From Candidatus Limnocylindria bacterium (lineage in GTDB: Bacteria > Chloroflexota > Limnocylindria > P2-11E), in contig DASSSF010000097.1 in NCBI GenBank assembly GCA_035708565.1, positions 1-60,911 of the forward strand: a DNA stretch of 60,911 nt, given 5' to 3'. This document shows, piece by piece, positions 28,149-34,194 of the stretch. The translations under genes and the position numbers were made by a program. Position 1 is the first letter of the stretch. Every line of letters starts with the position of its first letter. A model generated the notes under the pieces. That model was not told where the DNA came from. It was given only the letters and a program-made list of their open reading frames with translations, and did not search any database.

Positions 28149-28894
28149 ACGGCACGGTCCGCGTCGCGGCGGCGGGCGACCTCCACTGCACGAAGGACGG
28201 GCAGGGCGCGCTCGCGCCGCTCTTCGCGGCCATGTCCGAGCGGGCCGACGTGATCGCGCTCTGCGGCGACCTGACCGACTACGGCCTCCCCGACGAGGCG
28301 CGCGTGCTCGCGGCCGAGCTGCGCGCCGCGCGCGTCCCGGTCGTCGCGGTCCTCGGGAACCACGACCTCGAGTCCGGCCACGCCGAAGAGGTGCGCACGG
28401 TCCTCGAGGCCGCCGGCGTGCGGATCCTCGACGGCGACGCCGTGGAGATCGAGGGCGTCGGCTTCGCGGGCACGAAGGGGTTCGCCGGCGGCTTCGGGCA
28501 GCACGCGCTCGGGCCGTGGGGCGAGACGGTGATCAAGGCGTTCGTGCAGGAGGCGGTCGACGAGTCGCTCAAGCTCGAGAGCGCGCTCGCGCGGCTCCGC
28601 ACGACCGAGCGCGTGGTGCTCCTCCACTACGCTCCGATCGCGGAGACCGTGTCCGGCGAGCCGAAGGAGATCTACCCGTTCCTCGGCTCGAGCCGCCTGG
28701 CCGAGCCGATCGACCGGTACGGCGCGTCGATCGTCCTCCACGGGCACGCGCACCACGGCCACCCCGAAGGCCGTACGGCGAAGGGGATACCGGTGCACAA
28801 CGTGTCGCTCCCGCTCCTGCGGCGGATGGACCCGGGCGGACCGGGGTTCAGGGTGCTGGAGCTCGCGCGGGCCGGCGCGGAGGTCGAGGCCTAG
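28145..28894 (+). CDS. metallophosphoesterase
   Basis: 'AAGDLH', 'CGDLTD', 'GNHD' and 'LHGHAHHG'. GTGA overlap with the upstream gene. Confidence 0.8.
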   Translation: MNGTVRVAAAGDLHCTKDGQGALAPLFAAMSERADVIALCGDLTDYGLPDEARVLAAELRAARVPVVAVLGNHDLESGHAEEVRTVLEAAGVRILDGDAVEIEGVGFAGTKGFAGGFGQHALGPWGETVIKAFVQEAVDESLKLESALARLRTTERVVLLHYAPIAETVSGEPKEIYPFLGSSRLAEPIDRYGASIVLHGHAHHGHPEGRTAKGIPVHNVSLPLLRRMDPGGPGFRVLELARAGAEVEA

Positions 28895-28898
28895 GGCC

Positions 28899-29681
28899 TC
28901 AGGCTCCGTTCGCGAGCTTGATGTCGTTCTTCCCGCCGCGCTTGACGGCGAGGAGCATCGCGTCGGCCTTGTGGATGAGCTCGTCGATGTCGCGGCCGGA
29001 CTCCGGACACACCGCGACGCCGCACGACAGCGACACGCGGCTCCCGCGCGCGGCCGTCAGGACCTCGACGCTCCAGCGGATGCGCTGCGCGATGCGCCGC
29101 GCCTCGAGCCGGTCGCAGCGGTCGAGGAGGATGACGAACTCGTCGCCGCCGTACCGCGCGGCGAGATCGGCCGCGCGGAGGTTGGCCTTGATGGCGCTCG
29201 CGACCGCCTGAAGGACGCGGTCCCCCGCAGGGTGGCCCTTCGTGTCGTTCACGTCCTTGAAGCCGTCGAGGTCGAGCACCGCCACCGCGCAGCTTCCCTT
29301 GTGGTCGACGGTGCGCGCCGTGCGCTGAGCCGCCGCCGCGCGGAAGGACCGGAGGTTGAGCAGGCCCGTGAGCGTGTCCTGCTCGGCCTGCTTCTCGACC
29401 TTCTCCACGCCGTCACGGTCGGCGCCGTAGAGGAGCACGAAGCCCGCGCCGAGGAGCGCGCTCGTGGCGAGCTGCATGACGGACGCGAACTGCGCGTACT
29501 CGGCGGTCATGAGATCGAGGGACGCGTGCGCGAGCAGGGTGAGCGACGCCAGGCCGAAGAACAGCCACGAGCGGGCCGCGATCGGGCTCCGACGGACGCG
29601 CAGCGAGGAGAGCGTCAGCGCCACGATCGAGAACGCGACGGCGACGTTCGCCCAGTCGGCCGCGCGGGAGACGTCGGGCAC
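28899..29681 (-). CDS. membrane-anchored diguanylate cyclase (GGDEF domain)
   Basis: 3 N-terminal TM helices. I-site 'RAAD' and active site 'GGDEF' ('LRAADLAARYGGDEFVILL'). Last gene of the NITWE operon. Confidence 0.85.
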   Translation of the reverse strand: MPDVSRAADWANVAVAFSIVALTLSSLRVRRSPIAARSWLFFGLASLTLLAHASLDLMTAEYAQFASVMQLATSALLGAGFVLLYGADRDGVEKVEKQAEQDTLTGLLNLRSFRAAAAQRTARTVDHKGSCAVAVLDLDGFKDVNDTKGHPAGDRVLQAVASAIKANLRAADLAARYGGDEFVILLDRCDRLEARRIAQRIRWSVEVLTAARGSRVSLSCGVAVCPESGRDIDELIHKADAMLLAVKRGGKNDIKLANGA

Positions 29682-29684
29682 GGG

Positions 29685-30509
29685 CTAGGCGAGGCCGGGC
29701 TGAGGGACCATCCCGGGCGCGAGGTCCGGCGCGACGAGGCGGATCTCGCTGCGCCCCTGGCTCTTGATCTCGCGCAGCAGCACGTCCGCCCGCTGGATGA
29801 GGCCGTGGAGCTCACCGTCGCAGTCGGGGTACATCGCGACGCCCGCCGAGATGCCGAGCTGGCCCGCCGGGGAGACGATCTCCTGCACCGCGTACGCGAG
29901 CCGCTGCACGATGCGCTGCGCCTCGAAGCGGTCGCAGCGGTCGAGGAAGAGGATGAACTCGTCCTCGCCGTAGCGGGCCGCGATGTCGTACGAGCGGACG
30001 TTCGCGCGGACCGCCTGCGCGATCTCCTCGAGGGGGAGGCTCCGGGCGTCCCGCGGCGCGTCGAAGCGCGTCCAGGAGTCGACCGAGAGGACGACGACGG
30101 CGCAGCGCCACCCGTTCGCGCGCGCGGCGGCGAACTTCGGGACGCCCACGACCGCGAAGAGCGAGAGGTCGCTGAGCTGCGTGAGCGCGGCCGGAGCGGG
30201 CCGCGGTTCGGCATCGGGCGCGATCTCGACGATCCGCGTGCCGATGCGGGCGGAGAGCTCGTCGAGGTCGAGCCCGGGAAGCGGCTCGAGGTCCGGGAGC
30301 CGGCGGCGCGCGATGACGCCCATCGCGAGGACCCCGGCGCACGCCCCGAGCCCCGCCGCCCCGCTGTCCTCGGTGAAGACCGCCGAGTTGAACACCGTGA
30401 CCGCGAAGATGCCGACGAGGACCGCCTCGACGACGGTGAGCAGGACCGCGATCCGGCCGGAGGCTCGGCGCGGCGACGGATCGCCGCGCCGGCGCTCCGG
30501 CTTCCCCAT
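29685..30509 (-). CDS. membrane-anchored degenerate GGDEF-domain protein (GEDEF)
   Basis: ATG at 30509. 2-3 TM helices. 'VRSYDIAARYGEDEFILFL' keeps the RxxD I-site, but the second Gly of GGDEF is replaced by Glu. Confidence 0.75.
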   Translation of the reverse strand: MGKPERRRGDPSPRRASGRIAVLLTVVEAVLVGIFAVTVFNSAVFTEDSGAAGLGACAGVLAMGVIARRRLPDLEPLPGLDLDELSARIGTRIVEIAPDAEPRPAPAALTQLSDLSLFAVVGVPKFAAARANGWRCAVVVLSVDSWTRFDAPRDARSLPLEEIAQAVRANVRSYDIAARYGEDEFILFLDRCDRFEAQRIVQRLAYAVQEIVSPAGQLGISAGVAMYPDCDGELHGLIQRADVLLREIKSQGRSEIRLVAPDLAPGMVPQPGLA

Positions 30510-30535
30510 CCCAGAGGAAGATCGGATAGGGAGCT

Positions 30536-30694
30536 TCACTCTTCCCAGGTGATGTTGGTGGCGCTCTCGCCACCAGCGCCTTCGACGCACTCCCACGTGT
30601 CGCCGCACTCCGCGGCGGCGGGAGCGGCCGAGGCCGCGAGGAAGGCGACGGACAGGGCCGCGGCCGCGAGGATGCGAGCGATGCGCTTCGCCAT
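30536..30694 (-). CDS. small secreted peptide precursor ending in NITWEE (peptide B)
   Basis: 52 aa: MAKRIARILAAAALSVAFLAASAAPAAA|ECGDTWECVEGAGGESATNITWEE. The ATG is preceded by GGTGAGGGGA. Sec-type signal with an AxA site. The C-terminal motif matches the subtilase repeat. Confidence 0.6.
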   Translation of the reverse strand: MAKRIARILAAAALSVAFLAASAAPAAAECGDTWECVEGAGGESATNITWEE

Positions 30695-30705
30695 TCCCCT
30701 CACCC

Positions 30706-30900
30706 CTATTCCCACGTGATGTTCTGGAAGCAGATGTTGGTGCAGTTGGGCCTGCCGGTCTCGGTGACGCCGGTGTAGCCGCTCCAGGCGGACGACGGCA
30801 TGGCCGCCGTCCACCAGAGCGCGACCGACATGAAGATCGCGAGGACCATGCGGCGCGAAGGCCAGACGATGGGGAGGCTCCCCTCCATGTGCCTGCCCAT
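30706..30900 (-). CDS. small secreted or membrane-anchored peptide precursor ending in NITWE (peptide A)
   Basis: 64 aa from the ATG at 30900, which abuts the HD-GYP stop; alternative ATGs are at 30888 and 30849. Hydrophobic 'MVLAIFMSVALWWTAAMPSSA' is followed by 'WSGYTGVTETGRPNCTNICFQNITWE'. Confidence 0.5.
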   Translation of the reverse strand: MGRHMEGSLPIVWPSRRMVLAIFMSVALWWTAAMPSSAWSGYTGVTETGRPNCTNICFQNITWE

Positions 30901-32301
30901 CTAGTTCGCCTTCACCGCGGCCACGGCCTGCTCGAACACGTGCGCGTGCGCGCCGGCCGGCTGGCCCGCGAGAGCCTGCTTGCGGTGCTCGGTCACGATC
31001 GCGACGAACTTCTCCACCACCACCGGGTTGAGCTGCGTGCCGGCGACGGCGCGCATCTCGCGGATCGCGTGGTCGAAGGAGAGCGCGCGGCGGTACGGAC
31101 GCGTCGAGGTCATCGCCTCGAACGTGTCGGCCACCGCGATGATCTGCGCGGCCAGCGGGATCTCGTCGCCCTTGAGGCCGTTCGGGTATCCCGACCCGTC
31201 GTAGCGCTCGTGGTGCGCGAGGATGATCGGCCGGACCTTCTCGAGCGTCGGGACGTGGGCGAGGAGGTTGGCACCGATGACCGGGTGCATCTTCATCTCC
31301 GCCCACTCCTCATCCGTGAGGCGCTCGGGCTTGCGGAGGATCTGCTCCGGGATGCCGATCTTGCCGATGTCGTGGAACAGCGCGCCGAGCTGCACGGCCG
31401 CGACCTCGTCCTCCGAGAGGCCGAGCTCACGCGCGACGGTGACCGCGTGGAACATCGTCGCCGACGAGTGGCCGTGCGTGTAGCGGTCCTTCGCCTCGAG
31501 CGCGCCCAGGAGCGCGCCGATGACCGAGAGGTGCGACTGCTCGAGGCGGTCGTTCGTCAGCTGAAGCATGCGGTTCGCCTCGACGAGGTCGGCGTTGCGG
31601 AGCCGCACCTCGCTCGACTTCGCCATGTAGAGCTTGAACGAGTACCAGGCCACCGCGAGCGGCAGCATGAACGTGACCGTCCCGAAGACGTTGAGCGACT
31701 GGTACGCGAAGGCGAGCGCCGCGCCGTTCACGGCGGTGGCGAGGTAGTTGATCGTCATCCACGAGTAGTTCTCACGCCAGACCGACATGAAGCGGTTCTG
31801 CGTCGTGAGCGTGATGACGAAGGCGGTCATCGCGCTGTTGGCGAGGAAGTAGATCGAGGCCGAGAGCGCCACGGCGACGACCGACTGCGGGATGTCCGCC
31901 GGCGGCACCTGACCGCCGAAGAGGCGGTACGCGTGCGCCGCGAGGAAGGCCGAGATCGTGAGGTTCCCGACGTTGAAGACCATCTTCTTGAGGGGCTTCC
32001 GCGTCGGCGTGAAGCAGTTCACGAGGGCGGAGGTCAGGTTCACCCAGAGGGCGACCGCCGGCCCGTAGAGGACGTACGACGCGATCGTCGCAGCGAACGC
32101 GACCGAGATCGCGCTCGACTTGAAGAGGAACACCGGAAGCCGCTGGGCGATCGCGGCGATGCCCATCAGCACGACGAGCATCACCGGGTCGACCTGCGTC
32201 GGCAGCGCCGTCACGCTGTACCCGAGCGCTGCGGCGCCGAGGATCCCGACCGTCGCGATGTAGGGCGTCACGAGGGTCGTCTTGTCCACGTTCTTGAACA
32301 T
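30901..32301 (-). CDS. polytopic membrane HD-GYP domain protein (putative c-di-GMP phosphodiesterase/receptor)
   Basis: About 230-aa N-terminal domain with 6-7 TM helices. HD-GYP motifs 'HGHS', 'FHDIGK' and 'HHERYDGSGYP'. Starts 3 nt after the subtilase stop. Confidence 0.85.
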   Translation of the reverse strand: MFKNVDKTTLVTPYIATVGILGAAALGYSVTALPTQVDPVMLVVLMGIAAIAQRLPVFLFKSSAISVAFAATIASYVLYGPAVALWVNLTSALVNCFTPTRKPLKKMVFNVGNLTISAFLAAHAYRLFGGQVPPADIPQSVVAVALSASIYFLANSAMTAFVITLTTQNRFMSVWRENYSWMTINYLATAVNGAALAFAYQSLNVFGTVTFMLPLAVAWYSFKLYMAKSSEVRLRNADLVEANRMLQLTNDRLEQSHLSVIGALLGALEAKDRYTHGHSSATMFHAVTVARELGLSEDEVAAVQLGALFHDIGKIGIPEQILRKPERLTDEEWAEMKMHPVIGANLLAHVPTLEKVRPIILAHHERYDGSGYPNGLKGDEIPLAAQIIAVADTFEAMTSTRPYRRALSFDHAIREMRAVAGTQLNPVVVEKFVAIVTEHRKQALAGQPAGAHAHVFEQAVAAVKAN

Positions 32302-32304
32302 CTC

Positions 32305-34032
32305 TTAATCCACCATCCCGGCGAAGCCGCTGCCGGATCCTGATAGGGCGTCGAGGGACTGCTGCGCAGACGACTGCCAGGTGATGGTCTCCCACGTGAT
32401 CGTCTCCCACGTGATGTTCTCCCACGTGAAGTTCTCCCACGTGATGTTGTCCCAGGTGATGTTGTCCCAGGTGATGTTCTCCCAGGTGATGTTCCCCCAG
32501 GTGACGTTCCGCGAGTCGACGCCGCCGTTGTGGAAGAGGTCCCGCCACGGGATCGGCTGGCCCTGGACGAAGCGCCGCATGTCCTTGGCGAACGAGTCGG
32601 TGACGCGGCCCTCGCTGTACTCCTTGTCGGGGTCCACCGAGGCCACGGCCTTGAGCGCGTTCACGAGGCCAGCGCCCTTGTCCTGGGGCCCGCCGTACGC
32701 GATGGGCGTCGTGTTCTTCTTGAGACGGCTCTTGATCTGCCCGGGCGTGAGCGAGCTGTTGCGCTCGACCATGAGCGCGACGATCCCCGACACCACCGGG
32801 GCGGCCATCGACGTGCCCGAGAGGCGCATGTACTCGGCGACGAGCGCGCCCGGGGCCGTCACGAGACGGTCCGGGTACATGGTCGGGATGGTGCTGCCGG
32901 GCGCGAGCGCGCTGACCATCTTGCGGCCGGGCGCCACGAGGTCCGGCTTGTTGAGGCGGTCGTACTTCGTGCGGCCGCGCGAGGAGAAGGTGGCCATGAG
33001 GTCGTCGGCGAGCGTCGCGGTGCCGTTGTCGTCGATCGCGCCGACCGTGATGACGAACGGGTCCGCGCCCGGCGACGTCACCGTCTCGACCGTCGGGCCG
33101 CTGTTGCCGGCGGAGACGACGACCGCGATGCCGGCGAAGTTGAGGACCTGCGCGGCGGTCGCGAGCGGGTCCGTCTTGTACGAGCCCGACTGCGTCGCGC
33201 CGAACGACATGTTCGTGACCTTGATGTTGTAGGTGCTCCTGTTGGCGAGCACCCACTGCAGGCCGCGAAGGATGATGCCGGTGTTGGAGACGCCGTTCGC
33301 GTCGATGACGCGGACGTCGACGACGTTCGCGCAGGGCGCGGTGCCGGTGAAGGCGCCGCCCGACGCGGTGCCGTTGCCGGCGACGAGGCCGGCGACGTGC
33401 GTTCCGTGGCCGCCCGGGTCACCCGCCACGTTGACGGGCGTCGTGTTGGTCACCGAAGCGCTCGTGAAGTCCACGGCGGCGACGATCCGTCCAGCGAGGT
33501 CCGGGTGGGGGTAGACCCCGCTGTCGACGACCGCGACGCCGACGCCGCGCCCGCACGTCCCGTACTGCTGCCAGGCCTGCGGCGCGTTCGTGGCGAGGAT
33601 CCCGGGCGTCGCGGCCTTCGAGGCGTCGAGCGCCGGGTCCCAGGTCGCGCGGAACGTGACGTTCTTGAAGACGTAGTCGACGTCGTTGTCCGAAAGGAGC
33701 TCGAGAAGCTGGCGGCCGTTGATCGTGGCGACGCCGCCGCCGATGATCCCGAGGCCGTAGTGCGTCTTGCCGCCCCTCGACGTGATCGCCTTGCTGACCT
33801 TCTCGAGGCGATCGCCGCTCCTGCTCTTGCCCCTGGAATCGGCGGGCGTCCCGCGGACGATGACGTCGAACTCGCCGCGCGGGTCCGCGAGGACCTCCTG
33901 GAGGAGGACCGGATCGATCTTGGCCGCGTTGACCGAGCGGGCCTCGCTCGGCGCCGACTGCGTCGCGATCAGGATCGCGAGACAGAGAGCCGCGCCGAGC
34001 CATCGCTGGACCGCTCTCGCAGTGCCCGTCAT
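32305..34032 (-). CDS. secreted subtilisin-like serine protease (S8) with a C-terminal NITWE pentapeptide repeat tail
   Basis: ATG at 34032 preceded by GGGAGG. Signal peptide and an I9-like propeptide region. Catalytic 'VAVVDSGV' (Asp), 'HGTHVAG' (His), 'SAGNSG' (Asn) and 'SGTSMAAP' (Ser). The C-terminus carries nine 5-aa repeats. Confidence 0.9.
   Translation of the reverse strand: MTGTARAVQRWLGAALCLAILIATQSAPSEARSVNAAKIDPVLLQEVLADPRGEFDVIVRGTPADSRGKSRSGDRLEKVSKAITSRGGKTHYGLGIIGGGVATINGRQLLELLSDNDVDYVFKNVTFRATWDPALDASKAATPGILATNAPQAWQQYGTCGRGVGVAVVDSGVYPHPDLAGRIVAAVDFTSASVTNTTPVNVAGDPGGHGTHVAGLVAGNGTASGGAFTGTAPCANVVDVRVIDANGVSNTGIILRGLQWVLANRSTYNIKVTNMSFGATQSGSYKTDPLATAAQVLNFAGIAVVVSAGNSGPTVETVTSPGADPFVITVGAIDDNGTATLADDLMATFSSRGRTKYDRLNKPDLVAPGRKMVSALAPGSTIPTMYPDRLVTAPGALVAEYMRLSGTSMAAPVVSGIVALMVERNSSLTPGQIKSRLKKNTTPIAYGGPQDKGAGLVNALKAVASVDPDKEYSEGRVTDSFAKDMRRFVQGQPIPWRDLFHNGGVDSRNVTWGNITWENITWDNITWDNITWENFTWENITWETITWETITWQSSAQQSLDALSGSGSGFAGMVD
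32374..32508 (-). repeat. 9 x 15-bp in-frame tandem repeat encoding (N/T)(I/V/F)TW(E/D/G/Q)
   Basis: Minus-strand units: aacgtcacctggggg, aacatcacctgggag, aacatcacctgggac (x2), aacatcacgtgggag, aacttcacgtgggag, aacatcacgtgggag, acgatcacgtgggag, accatcacctggcag. Confidence 0.95.
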
Positions 34033-34103
34033 GTCGCCTCCCACCCGAGAACTTCGGTGACCTGGTCCGGCCCAGGACGAGAGGAACGATGTGAGAACCG
34101 GTC

Positions 34104-34146
34104 TTAGCGGGCTATTAGCGGTCGGGGGATAAACGGCCTAGCGGGC
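34104..34146 (-). promoter_or_regulatory. three direct repeats (plus strand TAGCGG[G]; minus strand [C]CCGCTA) upstream of the subtilase operon: SARP-binding-site candidate
   Basis: Repeat starts at 34104, 34115 and 34138, giving spacings of 11 and 23 bp (about 1 and 2 helical turns). They lie in a locally AT-richer intergenic region 70-115 bp upstream of the ATG at 34032 and directly downstream of the SARP gene. Confidence 0.4.
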
Positions 34147-34194
34147 CTCTGGATACCCGATTGGGACCCGCGCCTCTACGAGTGCAGTGCGACG

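Noticed and set aside
32374-32508. A CRISPR array or non-coding satellite as the explanation for the 15-bp tandem repeat
   Set aside because: The units are contiguous with no spacers, only 15 bp long, exactly in frame with the S8 protease, and vary mainly at synonymous or conservative positions. It is a coding repeat.
32374-32508. Firm assignment of the NITWE repeat to the classical pentapeptide-repeat (A[D/N]LXX) beta-helix family
   Set aside because: N-I/F-T fits the i-1, i and i+1 positions. However, the inward-facing small residue (Ala at i-2) is Glu or Asp here, and there are only 9 units. I keep it as an alternative to test, not a call.
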